64,000 nucleotides of DNA from Octopus bimaculoides (GCF_001194135.2 NC_068999.1:54872960-54936959); one strand, 5' to 3'; counted from the stretch's first letter, positions 1 to 13,890 are shown. Notes: generated from the letters alone by a model not told the origin. Program-made: numbers and translations.

Positions 1-280
1 ACGATTAACCTACGCACCATGGTTTCACCTGTTAAAATTTACATAAGTAAATATCTGCAGGATCGTCAGCGTAGTCTGTCGATTTGCGATGTAATTTCCA
101 GAACTAGACACAGGACGTCCAACCGAAAGGGAGCACGTGTAAAGTTCTACAAATTACATTCAGTGTATCCTTTTAAATGTCTTCAATCTAGCGCGCTAAG
201 TCCGGAAATAATTCTGCAGTTAATAAATTTTTGCAGCTAATTTACCGGTCTGAGAAACATTATTGTATAAAAATTTATTT

Positions 281-1800
281 ATGAGGGTAGAAATTGATAT
301 TAATCAATTTGAACCAGTGGTCTAGCATATTAAAAAAATCCGAATCTGGATATTAAACTTGATGCAGAAGTAAAACTAAGTTTGCCAAAACATTAACTCT
401 TGCAAAGTCTACAGTGGGAACAGTACGTGACAACAGAAAAAAAATTGTCAAGTGCCCAAGAAGCTGCTCCGTTAATTGTCCGGGGTTTATTTTTCCGAAG
501 ATCTAACGTAATGCTTACAATGGAACTACTCTATCAGAACCGGCGTCATGTGCCGATAAACACGACGGTATTTCAAAGAATTAGCCAAAAGTTCATATGA
601 CAATTTGCAGAAAAAAAGGAAGCTGAAACTTCTAATGGAAACCTTTTTTGACTAGTAAAGGCTGGTTCGAAAGGTTTGAGAAACGCATGGTTTTGCACGA
701 CATAAAAATGACTGGAGAAACTGAGCGCTGACACAGAAGCTGCTAATAATTACCCTGAGCAGTTTAAGAGAATCATTGCTGAAGGGGACTACACACTTGG
801 GCAAGTACACAAGGTTGATGAGACTGCACTTTTCTGGAAGCGCATGCCTGCGAGAACCTTTATTTCTCTAGAAGAAAAATCGACACCAGGATTTAAAGCT
901 TCCAAAAATCGTCCGACACTTCTTTTGGAAGGAAATGTTGCTAAAGATGTGAAAATAAAGCCCCTATACTAGTATCACACCAAAAATCTAAGGGCTTTCA
1001 GGGTTCACAAGTAGTTAATTCTACCTCTGATTTGGCATTCAAATAAGATATGAATGACAAACAGCCTTTTCAAAAAGTGGTTTGAAAACGTTTTGTCCTG
1101 TGGTAGAAAGTTACCGTGCCAGACATGATATTTCCAACCAAATATTGCTTCTTTTAGACAAGGTACTTAGCCCTTACCACCACCAGCGAACTTAGATAAC
1201 CTTCCTGTTTATGTGAGAGCAGAATATATCCCCAAGAATACAACTTCTTTGCTCTAGCCAATTGATCAAGGTGTGATAGTTAACTTCAAAGGTATGTTAT
1301 ATGAGAACTTTCAAACGACATATGAAAGCAATTGACAGGGATGATAAAGCTACAATTAGAGATTTCTGGAAGAAATTCAACATAATGGATGCTGTAAATC
1401 CTTCAGCTTTGAATAGTGCTTGGAAAAGTATATGGCCAAATTCCTATCCGTGACATTACAAGTTTTCCTCGTGCAGAAAGTCTACATCAAATACGGAAAA
1501 ATATTGTGATACTTGCAAAGGATGTAGGATTTGAAGAAGTCAGAGGACCACCAGACTGAGTGGCTAGTGTACCAAAGAGAAAGTTTACCTAACGAGGAGA
1601 TGATGCTGTTGGAAAGAGAACAAGCTGAGAGCTTGTTCTTTTTCCAATACAGTAAAGACAGCAAAGGCTCCACTGTACCACTGATATTGATTACAAAATT
1701 ATTGTTAAACGGTTGGTACTTATAGAGAAAGGTCTGGAATTTGCTTACAGTGAACTAGCATTTTTACCCTTCAAGATGATGTTCGTAATAATGAACTATA
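281..1800 (+). mobile_element. Degenerate pogo/Tigger-type DNA transposon (CENP-B HTH + DDE_1 transposase pseudogene)
   Basis: Manual translation gives TSKGWFERFEKRMVLHDIKMTGE, SADTEAANNYPEQFKRII, VDETALFWKRMPARTFIS...GFKASKNRPTLLLEGN and NTTSLL-PIDQGVIVNFK, with stops and frameshifts. The element probably continues to ~2540 past the SINE insertion. Confidence 0.9.
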
Positions 1801-1857
1801 AAATAGTAAATATTGTCCTTCATCCTCATAGTAACGCTCATTGTACCACCACCCCTT

Positions 1858-2241
1858 GTTGGCACTCCGTCGCTTACAACGTTGAGGGTTTCAGTTGATC
1901 CGATCAACGGAACAGCCTGCTCGTGAAATTAACGTGCAAGTGGCTGAGCACTCCACAGACACGTGTACCCTTAACGTAGTTCTCGGGGATATTCAGCATG
2001 ACACAGTGTGACAAGGCTGACCCTTTGAATTACAGGTACAACAGAAACAGGAAGAAAGAGTGAGAGAAAGTTGTGGTGAAAGAGTACAGCAGGGTTCGCC
2101 ACCATCCCCTGCCGGAGCCTCGTGGAACTTTAGGTGTTTTCGCTCAATAAACACTCATAACGCCCGGTCTGGGAATCGAAACCGCGATCCTATGACCGCG
2201 AGTTCGCTGCCCTAACCACTGGGCCATTGCGCCTCCACTAC
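1858..2241 (-). mobile_element. Young tRNA-derived SINE with RTE-like 3' tail, inserted with a 13-bp TSD
   Basis: Minus strand has A box TGGCCCAGTGG and B box GGTTTCGATTCC; TSD ACCACCACCCCTT at 1845-1857 and 2242-2254; CpGs largely intact; related tail fragments at ~5340-5510 and ~54010-54330. Confidence 0.9.
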
Positions 2242-2576
2242 ACCACCACCCCTTACACAACAGTCAACATGTTTAGATGGTAGGAATGTAGTCTTACGAT
2301 ATCACGATTCTTGGCAATTCCCTAACTTATTCCTCTTGAAATGTTTTTGTGTTTCTATATATCTGTATAGTATCGTGTATGTTTAGAAATTGTTATTTTT
2401 ATATATAAGGGTAATTGTGTTGTTTGTTCACTGTTATTTTCTTTCAAAACGTCCGTAGGAAAACAGTGTCACTTGATAATAATAAGAAAAATCAATAGGG
2501 AAATTAATTTCGCGTTGCGGAATTTCGCTTTGCGGTCAGATTTTCAGTAATACACACAAACACATACATATATAAG

Positions 2577-3071
2577 CATACTTCCACAAGTGTGCCTCCC
2601 ACCGACTCTGTTTCCACATAACTTCAGAAAACAGATATTTTAATGAAATTTTCTACAAATATTCTTCAGATGGTGTAGATTCCGATTATATTGGAATTTG
2701 CCATGACAAAATTTTTCTGGGAATGAGAAGAGTTTCGGAAAATTCAAACGAGTCGGCTTTGTTTCCTCACAACTTTCAGAAAAATTTATATTTTTTGACG
2801 AAATTTTCTGCAAAAACCTTTCAGAGAGTGTTGATTACGATTATATCGAAATTTAATGTGAAAAAGAAAAGAACGGCGGGCTCTCACGCATACATATTGA
2901 TATATATCACATAAATCTACTAAATAAAACTTGAAATTTCAGAAAATAAATTGTGATGTAATCGGAATCTACACCATCTGATGTGCATTTATTGACAATT
3001 TCCCCCAAAATATCCATTTTTCTGGAAGCTATGAGGGACAAAAGTCGATGGGGTACATTTGTGTAGGTATG
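2577..3071. mobile_element. Foldback/MITE-like element with ~115-bp diverged inverted arms
   Basis: The left arm (CATACTTCCACAAGTGTGCC...CAGATGGTGTAGATTCCGATT) matches the reverse complement of ~2955-3071; no coding capacity seen. Confidence 0.6.
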
Positions 3072-3544
3072 ACCATATTAAATGACACACTGATGGAGTC
3101 CTTATATTAGAACTCCGAGAAATATATATATATTATAGCATAGTTTCGGGTTCTGGCCCAAGTGCCTCAACCTTCTTCAGGATGAGTCGTTGGTAAAAAT
3201 TCCATCACATTATAAATCTGTCTGTGTTATGGCTTTTTTGGCTCCAAACCGGTCCACATAGTGCAAAATATATATAAGCAAAAACATTCGAGTGTTTACA
3301 AACGAAGTAAGATGTTACTACTGTTAATATCATCTGCGGTGAATATTTCTAAATGATAATATTAACAGCAGTAACATAGGCAGTTCAACAGGTCTAATAG
3401 CATTATATAGCTATAAAATTTAAAGTCAGCACAAGGCATGAGGATGCGAAAACAGCAGTGAGCTGAAGGTTGAGGTCCTCGGACCAGAATCTGAAACCAT
3501 AGCATATGAGTATCTGAATGGCATATTCTTGAAAGGTAGGCTTT

Positions 3545-3612
<68 letters not shown>

Positions 3613-3626
3613 AATATATATATATA

Positions 3627-4829
3627 CCAGGCTTTACAAAAGTCCTGTTACACTCAGTTTTGGATATTTCAAGAGGTTCAAGTGTGTGATGGAAAAAGTG
3701 CCATCAAACATACTTAAAGTTCTACTTTTCCAGCACATGTCATTAAAACGTCTTTTCCATTGTGTACAGGTGTATCAAGATGGAAGCGAAAAAACAAGTC
3801 CAACATTGCCAAGCAGCTTAACGTCAGCCAAAGTCATGGAGAGGCTCAAGAACTGGAAAAAGCTCAAAGATCGACCTCAATCTGGTAGATCTCAAGTTGA
3901 TGATCTTTTGGCTGTGAGAAAGGCCTTCAAAAGTGATCCGAAGCTCAAAATGATTGCACTTGCAAAGAACAGCATCTCGGTGGCCATGGTGTCCAGGGCC
4001 ATCAAGCAGGAGGGTGGCAAGAGCTTGAGGTGCGTGAAAAGGCCTCTGCTCACCAACTATATGTGAGAACAACGTCGGGAGCCCTTTTGTTGCCTTCCCA
4101 ATGACTTGAAGTATCATGGCAATCAAATTCTCATTTTATCTGATGAAAAAACTGTTGATCCAGTTGTCAACAAGCAGAATAATCATGTGGTCAGCTTTGG
4201 TCAGGATGTCTCCACGGTCCACTACATGTCCACAACAAAATACCTGACCACCATGAGGATGCTTGGCATTGTGGCTTCAAATGGTGAGAAGATGCCACCA
4301 GTGTGGTTCATGGCTGGTTACAGCCTCACTGTGGCTGACTATAGGGATATCCTGGCCACAGAAGTCCTACCCTGGGTGAGAAAGATCATAAAGAAGGCAG
4401 ACTATACCTCTCAGCAGGATGGTGCCTTGGCCCACAGAGCCAAGGCCATGCAAGATTGGTTGGGGTTGAGCATGAACTTCTGGTTGCAGGACTTTGGGCT
4501 GCTGCCGTCACCCAACCTCAGCCCCCTCAACTACATTGTGTGAATGCATGTCAAGGGCAGGGCCTGCAAGGTCCGTCATAACAATGTCAACAAGCTGAAG
4601 TCCTCTGTCAACAGTGTGGGAGCTGGAATAAAAAAAGATATGTGCATGGCTTTCAGGTCTCGGCTAGAGTGCATGCTCACCGCCAAGGGCAGCCACATTG
4701 ATTCATATTATTATTTAAATGTATGTTTATGTTACAACAATAAAAATGTGTCTAACTGCATCAAAACTATTGTTGTGTCCTTTGTTGAGAGTGTCATAAC
4801 AAGTGTAACAGGAATTTTGCAAAGCCCAG
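3627..4829 (+). mobile_element. Full-length but dead Tc1/mariner element of the maT (DD37D-like) type, inserted in (TA)n
   Basis: ~28-bp TIRs (CCAGGCTTTACAAAAGTCCTGTTACACT / CTGGGCTTTGCAAAATTCCTGTTACACT) and TA TSDs; ORF pieces with SDEK, QQDGALAHRA and PSPNLSPLNY motifs, broken by stops. Confidence 0.88.
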
Positions 4830-4862
<33 letters not shown>

Positions 4863-4898
4863 TTAGAATTTTTTATTTGCTTCAGTCATTGGCTGTGG

Positions 4899-4929
4899 TT
4901 GGGTTAGGGTTAGGGTTAGGGTTTGGGTA
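4899..4929 (+). repeat. Short interstitial telomeric repeat TTGGG(TTAGGG)3TTTGGG
   Basis: Read directly from the sequence; embedded in a SINE body. Confidence 0.9.
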
Positions 4930-5094
4930 CCACTTTCCAGGGTTTTAGTTGAATGAATCAACCCAGGTACTTATTTTTTAAACCAAATATTATTCTACCA
5001 GTTTCTTCTGCTGATCAGCTATGCTACAGGGACATAAACAAACTGACACTAGTTTTCAAGAGATGGTGAGGGACAAACAGATACCAAGACAGAG

Positions 5095-5157
<63 letters not shown>

Positions 5158-6059
5158 CTAAGGAGTGACAAGTTCACAGGAGCTATGTCTGGCCTCTTAG
5201 AATAAAGAACTGAAATATAAGTCTGGGAGTGTATCCATAATTGTTAACCAGATAGCTCTTTGGCTTCCCAAAAAGTTATAGGCGAAACAAAATATATTTT
5301 GTCAGATTTACAATCATTGATTAAATGTTTATAATTAACTGGTTTCCATTGGTTTCTACGACAAAGGTTCCAGTGGATCCAATCAGCAGATTAGCCTGCT
5401 CAAGAAATTAATGTGAAAGTGGCTGAGCACTCCACAGACATGTGTATCCTTAACATAGTTCTCAGGAAGATTCAGCATGACATACGTGACAAGGCTGACA
5501 CTTTGAAATACAAGTATAACTCAATATGAAATGAAGTGTTCAGGCTAAATTCAAATGTTTGTATAAAAGGTAAAGAAAGCATGATATCCCATCCAAAGTA
5601 AATTATGGTTAGATTACTCAGAGTAACCACCCTCTTCTTCCACCAGTCCCTCAGCATGACTCCAGAATCATCATCATTGTCATCGACAAATGTCAGCTTT
5701 CCATACTGGTATAGGTCAGACGGTTTGACTGAGGATTGGTAAGCCAGGAGGCTACACCAGGCTCCAATCTGATCTGACATGGTTTCTATAATTGGATGCC
5801 TTTCCTAATGTCAACTACTCTGAGAGTGTAGTGGGTGCTTTTTATGTGCCACCGGTATGGGGGCCAGTCAGGTGGCACTGGCATCAACCATGCTTGAAGA
5901 AAGAAATAAAATCCCTTTATTAGGTTGTCAAGAAAGTTCTTGCAGTTTTTATCCCAAAAGTCACTGATGGGTTTCAATTTTTAATAACTTCCTTAACTCT
6001 ACAAATAAATGCATGAAATTTTGAAATAATATAAAAGACATAATGGAAATTAATATGCA

Positions 6060-6470
6060 TGAGTCAAATTTTGTAACACCACTACATCACATAAGAAAAA
6101 TGACATTGTTTAAATGGCAGCTATTTTCAGCTTCGCACACCCATGCTCTTTCCAAAACTTGCACCATAACACCCTCAAGAGTTTCAGACCCCACTTCTTT
6201 GATTTCTCTATTGATGTTCTCCTTCAGTTGTACCAGGGCCTCTGGTTTGTTGGCATAAACCCTCTCTTTCAGGTATCCCCACAAGAAAAAATCCAGGTTA
6301 GTCAAGTGTGGGGAACATGAAGGCCAGTTGACATTGCTGTAGCGGGAGATATTTCTCTCTCCAAAGCACTGTCGTAGCAACTGCATTGTTTCTCTTGCGG
6401 TATGAGCAGTTGCCCCATCTTGCTGGAACCATGTATGAGGTCTACTTTGAATGGATTTCATGTTCCCCAG
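6060..6470 (-). mobile_element. Tc1/mariner transposase C-terminal fragment, DD41D (rosa-like)
   Basis: WFQQDGATAHT...WPSCSPHLTNLDFFLWGYLKERVY; I count 41 residues between the second and third catalytic Asp. Confidence 0.85.
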
Positions 6471-7087
6471 ATTTGACTAGGAGAATGGGCACCAGCCAGC
6501 CAGCCAGCCAGCTCAAAGTTTGGGGTGGGTTGCACCTGCCTACCTCAGGTGCTATGGCATTGAGGTAGATTTAGCCACCCATGTTAACAGGGACAAAACC
6601 CGGATTTAAAACACTGGATGATGATGATGATGATGATGATGAAGATGATGACAATGTGTTATACAGTGCAGTATTGTACTGTATTTTTATTGATTAATTA
6701 AATATTTATTTTGGGGTGGGAAATGCTTATTTTACCACAGAAATAATTAAAATCTAAAAAAATATAAATACCTATCGGCTGCAGAAACCTGAGATATATT
6801 GAGGTGTCTGCAGCATAAATTTACATATATTAGCCAGAAAAATCCATGTTGTACTAAGGGCATGATAGGGGAACTGCGATATGGTGAGTGATTACTGTAC
6901 CTTAGTTCTGAGATAGCCTCAACAAAAAAAAGGATGTAAAAACTCAGACAAAGTAAGGTCAGCCCTAAACAAACTATGTATTGTCTGGAAATCAACCTTA
7001 AGAAGAATTTTCCCATAAAGCAGCAGTCTTAAACATATCTTGGAAAATTTGTCCCACCAAGAAACAGCTGAAGGAAGATCTCATAAT

Positions 7088-7118
<31 letters not shown>

Positions 7119-7457
7119 TACATTTCTAAATCTCTCAGAGAGATTTATGCAGTAGTGATACGATAAAGTAGTTGTATGCTGTCAATGTTTACGAGAGCTT
7201 CACAGGCATCTCCGGCTAGCAAGCCATTGCTACTCCAGACTGATAAGGAGCAAGGACTCAGAAACATGTCTCTGGATGGAGACTTAGCTAAGTAGAGGTA
7301 CTTGTCTCTCTCTTGTAAACATAAGGACACAGAAAATGTGTCAAGGCCGGAAGGAAGCGGTGCTGCTTCCTTGGGCTAAATAGCAGTAGTATTATACCCT
7401 TCATGGGACTGCCACATTAAGTTGACAGCATACAACTACTTTATATATGTATATAAT

Positions 7458-7530
<73 letters not shown>

Positions 7531-8351
7531 TGATATGTAATGGTAAGATCCAAGGATCCAGGTGTAGGAAGTTGGTAAGCTTCAAGCAGTCCATGGTAGA
7601 TATGAAAAACAACTTTCAGGAACAATAATAGTTTATTGACGTAGAAGGTTGTAGGCTTTTCCTATGTCAAAATTTGATAAGCTGAAAAACGTTTTTATAG
7701 TTTGCAGTTAGCAACTAGGGTTGCAATGAATGTGAATAAAAATCCAGATTGAGAGAATGGAGTTAATCCAGGCTACATGTGTTTCCTAGCCAGCAGGTCC
7801 TTAGAAGTAATGATTACTCAATGAAGGGTACACTGTTAGCTACTCATCAGGTTGAAAATACCTTAATTATATGATGGTTACATTGTTATTAAGGAATCCT
7901 AAGTTGGCTTGCTGGAAATATTATTCAAAATGAGTGGTGAAGCCAGAAGAACAGAGTAAAAAAATTATACAAAACAGAAACTAAAATATATGAAGAAATA
8001 AAATGGTTGATTAGAGAAAAGAAGCAAATAGTAAAAAATTTGGGAGTGGGTTGTTGTCTAAATGTCTAAAGTTGTTAAGAATAAAGAAAAGGAGAGTGGG
8101 CAAAGAAGGGGGGATTTAGGTTAGATTGATGATGACTTTAGGGGATGGAATTTATGGGAGCAACTGTCTTCGAAGACTCATATTGTCATTGAATGCTCAA
8201 AATGAGGAGTAGATAGACAGCCGACAACTAATGAAGGGTCATTCTCTATGTTACTTGTCCTGTTTTCCTTTTTTTCTCTGGCTGTTTGCGTATTGAACTC
8301 ATTTGTTTTCATACTTCATGTTGGTGATGTCCTGTACCCATAAATGCATGC

Positions 8352-8396
<45 letters not shown>

Positions 8397-8835
8397 NNNN
8401 NNNNNNNNNNNNNNNNNNNNNNNNNNNNNNNNNNNNNNNNNNNNNNNNNNNNNNNNNNNNNNNNNNNNNNNNNNNNNNNNNNNNNNNNNNNNNNNNNNNN
8501 NNNNNNNNNNNNNNNNNNNNNNNNNNNNNNNNNNNNNNNNNNNNNNNNNNNNNNNNNNNNNNNNNNNNNNNNNNNNNNNNNNNNNNNNNNNNNNNNNNNN
8601 NNNNNNNNNNNNNNNNNNNNNNNNNNNNNNNNNNNNNNNNNNNNNNNNNNNNNNNNNNNNNNNNNNNNNNNNNNNNNNNNNNNNNNNNNNNNNNNNNNNN
8701 NNNNNNNNNNNNNNNNNNNNNNNNNNNNNNNNNNNNNNNNNNNNNNNNNNNNNNNNNNNNNNNNNNNNNNNNNNNNNNNNNNNNNNNNNNNNNNNNNNNN
8801 NNNNNNNNNNNNNNNNNNNNNNNNNNNNNNNNNNN

Positions 8836-8898
<63 letters not shown>

Positions 8899-8938
8899 TA
8901 TACATATATACATACATATATGCATACATATACATCTA

Positions 8939-8977
<39 letters not shown>

Positions 8978-9506
8978 CGTCTGTTTTCCATGCTGGCATG
9001 GATTGGACAGTCTGACTGAAGACTGGAAAGCCAGGAGGCTGCACCAGGCTCCAATCTGTTCTGGCAAGGTTTCTNNNNNNNNNNNNNNNNNNNNNNNNNN
9101 NNNNNNNNNNNNNNNNNNNNNNNNNNNNNNNNNNNNNNNNNNNNNNNNNNNNNNNNNNNNNNNNNNNNNNNNNNNNNNNNNNNNNNNNNNNNNNNNNNNN
9201 NNNNNNNNNNNNNNNNNNNNNNNNNNNNNNNNNNNNNNNNNNNNNNNNNNNNNNNNNNNNNNNNNNNNNNNNNNNNNNNNNNNNNNAACCATGATCGGAT
9301 GGTGCCTTTTACGTCCCACTGGTACAGTGTGCCAGTTAGACAGCACTGGCATTGACCCACGCTTAAATGGTGCTTATTACGTACCATCAGCATGGGTGCC
9401 AGTCAAGCGGAACTGGCATCGGTCACAACCACGATTCCCTTTTTGATTTGGTTTTGATTGTGATTCTGTTTTTGACTCTACTTGACTCATAAATCTATAT
9501 ATGTGC

Positions 9507-9558
<52 letters not shown>

Positions 9559-9989
9559 ATGCATGTATGAATCTTCATCATCATCATCATCTGCCACACA
9601 TCCATTTCCAAGTAAGTTTATCTTAACCTTTTTAATGCGACTCTATACTGTTTTCTCCCCCATCTTTCTCAAATTCCCTTTTTTCCCCTTCATTTACTAT
9701 CTGTCTCTCTCACCCTCTTTCTCTTTTTCTCTTTCTCTCATTGCTCACACATGACCATCGTCCATTTTTCTTCTCCTTACGTGACCGTCTTTCTTTTCCT
9801 GCATGATGTTCTAAGGACTGGACATCTTCTATCTCTCTCTTCTAGCTTTCCACTTTTCAAAGAAAATATTTCTCCCAGTGTTCACCATTTTCATCTCATT
9901 CTGGTCTAATGACCCTCCATGTTTGTTTTCACATGGTTTCCTTGTATGTCTCCACTGTCCTGTTTTTGTTTCCAACTTTGACCCTCCAT

Positions 9990-10685
9990 AACTACTACCA
10001 ACATCACATATACCACATGTATCAACATATACACTCCCACTGTCACCATCACCACCACTACCACCACCACCACTACCACTACTACATGCACAGTCACTAC
10101 CACCATCATCAACAATACCCTCTATTCCACCATCACTACAAGCATACTATGACATACACTGCCACCACATACACTATTACATATACTGCCACCACTACTT
10201 CCACACATCATCACCATTACTACCACCCTTTCAACAGTACCCTCCACACCACCACTACCACATACATATTTCCACATACATTTCCACCACAGACACTGTC
10301 ATCATATACAATACCACCACATATACTACTACCACCACCACTACTACCATGTACACTACCATTGTCACATATCATCATCATCACCAATGCCCTTCACACC
10401 ATCACCACCACCACCACCACATACACACTACCACCTATACTATCAACGATACCACTATCAACACCACCACCACTAGCATGTACATAGTCACCATCAATAC
10501 CTCTACTGTATCACCACCACCACTAATGCTACTGCCATAACTACTATTACCCCCACCACTAGCCTTCCACCACATCAACCCTTCCTCTACAATTACACAC
10601 TTCACATACATCACCACCATAATAAACACTTCCACCACCACCACCATCACCATAACATACACCATCACCACCACCACCACCATTC
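9990..10685. repeat. Cryptic (CAC/CAT/TAC)n low-complexity tract
   Basis: About 700 bp of degenerate trinucleotide repeats, producing His/Thr/Val-run ORFs in several frames. Confidence 0.9.
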
Positions 10686-11158
10686 TTCCCTCGACTGCAT
10701 CATATCAGGCAATCCACAATCTATCCAGGTATCAACCAGATCTTGAATGCTATTTATGAATATAGATAGATAAGAATAATTGCGAGATGAAACCAAGGTG
10801 TGGTGGCGGGGGCACCGGTGGGGATGATGTACTGTCAAGGGTGGGAAACCTGGGTGTGGTGGANNNNNNNNNNNNNNNNNCGGGGGCACCGGTGGGGATG
10901 ATGTACTGTCAAGGGTGGGAAACCTGGGTGTGGTGGAGTGATGCAGAGTAGGAGGCATTGGTCTGAAACATTATGTACAGCCATGGTTTGGATAGGCTCT
11001 GCATACTTTGCAGAAGTACTTGACTCTCTGTGTTTGGTTGGCTGGCTGGTTGGTTGGTGTGTGCAGACATACAGGCATACTAACATATGTACAAGCATAC
11101 TTACGTATGTGTGTGTACTTAAATGTATATTATGTGTGTGAGTGTGGGTGTGTATGTG

Positions 11159-11197
<39 letters not shown>

Positions 11198-11214
11198 AAT
11201 ATATATATATATAA

Positions 11215-11260
<46 letters not shown>

Positions 11261-12185
11261 NNNNNNNNNNNNNNNNNNNNNNNNNNNNNNNNNNNNNNNN
11301 NNNNNNNNNNNNNNNNNNNNNNNNNNNNNNNNNNNNNNNNNNNNNNNNNNNNNNNNNNNNNNNNNNNNNNNNNNNNNNNNNNNNNNNNNNNNNNNNNNNN
11401 NNNNNNNNNNNNNNNNNNNNNNNNNNNNNNNNNNNNNNNNNNNNNNNNNNNNNNNNNNNNNNNNNNNNNNNNNNNNNNNNNNNNNNNNNNNNNNNNNNNN
11501 NNNNNNNNNNNNNNNNNNNNNNNNNNNNNNNNNNNNNNNNNNNNNNNNNNNNNNNNNNNNNNNNNNNNNNNNNNNNNNNNNNNNNNNNNNNNNNNNNNNN
11601 NNNNNNNNNNNNNNNNNNNNNNNNNNNNNNNNNNNNNNNNNNNNNNNNNNNNNNNNNNNNNNNNNNNNNNNNNNNNNNNNNNNNNNNNNNNNNNNNNNNN
11701 NNNNNNNNNNNNNNNNNNNNNNNNNNNNNNNNNNNNNNNNNNNNNNNNNNNNNNNNNNNNNNNNNNNNNNNNNNNNNNNNNNNNNNNNNNNNNNNNNNNN
11801 NNNNNNNNNNNNNNNNNNNNNNNNNNNNNNNNNNNNNNNNNNNNNNNNNNNNNNNNNNNNNNNNNNNNNNNNNNNNNNNNNNNNNNNNNNNNNNNNNNNN
11901 NNNNNNNNNNNNNNNNNNNNNNNNNNNNNNNNNNNNNNNNNNNNNNNNNNNNNNNNNNNNNNNNNNNNNNNNNNNNNNNNNNNNNNNNNNNNNNNNNNNN
12001 NNNNNNNNNNNNNNNNNNNNNNNNNNNNNNNNNNNNNNNNNNNNNNNNNNNNNNNNNNNNNNNNNNNNNNNNNNNNNNNNNNNNNNNNNNNNNNNNNNNN
12101 NNNNNNATATATACATATATATACCTATATATCTACACATAAATACTATGTGTATAAATATATTATGTACAAATATATAAAAATT

Positions 12186-13864
12186 CTAGCAGAGATACCC
12201 GGCGTTACTTTTGTTACATGCAATTGAAGAATTAGACTTTTCTGTTATGTTTTCTCTAATGAACTGGAATACCTATGATTCGAATTTCATCAAAATTGCA
12301 GATGAGGGTTCTTTCCCTCTTTGCACACCCTAAGAAAATTCTAATCATGATACATGTATCGCATACTACTGATCTTTATGCGCAGATTTCAAAATTCCAG
12401 TCTTATGGAACCTGCTAAAAGGATTTTACTCCTGAAAAATGGAGGTCATGGAGCTCTAAAATGTGGAGTTAAGGCCCCTATTGGGGGTGGGTGTCTCAAT
12501 GTCAACCAAAGAAGTTGAATTGTTGAGAATCTTTTTAACTCGGGTCTTATATCTATTGTTTGAATTTCTTTGAAATAGGAAATATATGTATGTTCACTGG
12601 GTTTGTAAAAGAGAGCAAAGCTACAGAAAATCAAAAGACGAATGATCACAATAAGCAGTCAGCTACCCTACCCTAGTCGTTACCACTCCCAATGTTGGAT
12701 TCTTCACCATACAGATGACAGGCACAGCCGTAAGACGCATTACAGATCTATAGCAATTGGAAGGGCATGACCCAACTCAAATAAACATTAACAACTGTAT
12801 GACGTGAGGGCTAAAGAGAAATGAAAGTGTCACCACTGGAGTTTGCAACTGACCACTATACCGATAGGTAACTGGACAGAATAAATTTACAATCTATAAA
12901 TGTCTTTGAATAACCAGTCACTCATCTGGGAAGGCCTTGAAATCAATGTTACCACCTGGGGACTATGTGTGACCCAGTGATAATAAAAAGACTCAAAGGA
13001 GGTCTGCAAGGAAATAACTTTACTCAACACTTTGCAACTGAATCAGTGGAAGCAAGGATGAGTCTCATTTACTTGACAATTTATGCACCACATTGCAGAA
13101 ATCACAATGTAAGTATACCTCAAAGCAAACTCTTACACTGTTGTACCATTGAATTACAAATAACGCTCATCTTTTATGCTCGGGTGACCCTACAGCTTCC
13201 AAGAGTACAACTGTATTCATCTTTGCTTAGATAAAATGACTAAATTGTGGGTATTAAGGCCCCATGAAGGGATCTTTCTAACTTCTAAGAAGATTTTAGA
13301 AATATTACTTCATTTGCGTCTAATATCTATGGTTAAAATTTCATCAACAGCAAAAATATATGAATTTTCATGGGCGTTATGGCCCTTATGCATAGACTAT
13401 AATTTCCAAATTTCATAAAGATCCATTCAGTACTTTTAACCTAGTTTTGGATCATTAAAAAATGACTAAAATTTGGGAGTTAAGGCCCCACTAGAGGGTC
13501 TTAGAATCCTCATGAGAAGTGGAAACTTTGAGAATACTTCTTGATGTGTGTCAATTACCTATGGTTGAAATTTCATCAACATCAAAAATTTATGAATTTT
13601 CATGGGGGTTCTGCCCCCTTTAAGCCATCTCAAATTCAAACCAAACATATTGCATTATACCTGCCCTTATGCATTGAATCTAAGTTCCAAATATCATAAA
13701 GATCCATTCGGTAATTTTGGTCCATGAAATTGTATGAAACACACAGCGTTATCCTTGTCACTAGGCTTGGATTTTGTGTTCCAAATTTCATTGGGATTGG
13801 TGCAGTAGTTTTCGAATGTATAAGTAACACACAAACATAAAGACATTGACTTTTATATAATAGA
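12186..13864 (-). mobile_element. Non-autonomous Helitron-like element
   Basis: Minus-strand 3' end is a GC-rich subterminal motif followed by CTAG (plus strand CTAGCAGAGATACCCGGCGTT at 12186); minus-strand 5' end is TC (plus strand ...TTTTATATAATAGA|T at 13864); internal direct subrepeats at ~13230-13420 and ~13460-13720. Confidence 0.7.
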
Positions 13865-13890
13865 TATGAATATGCACATATACATACATG

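Noticed and set aside
9909-10487. 192-aa His/Thr-rich ORF resembling a metal-binding protein
   Set aside because: Product of a CAC/CAT/TAC low-complexity tract that is open in several frames on both strands; no splice signals or domain structure.
10811-10940. Direct repeat on both sides of a short N gap
   Set aside because: Identical sequence flanking a gap is a typical unmerged contig overlap.
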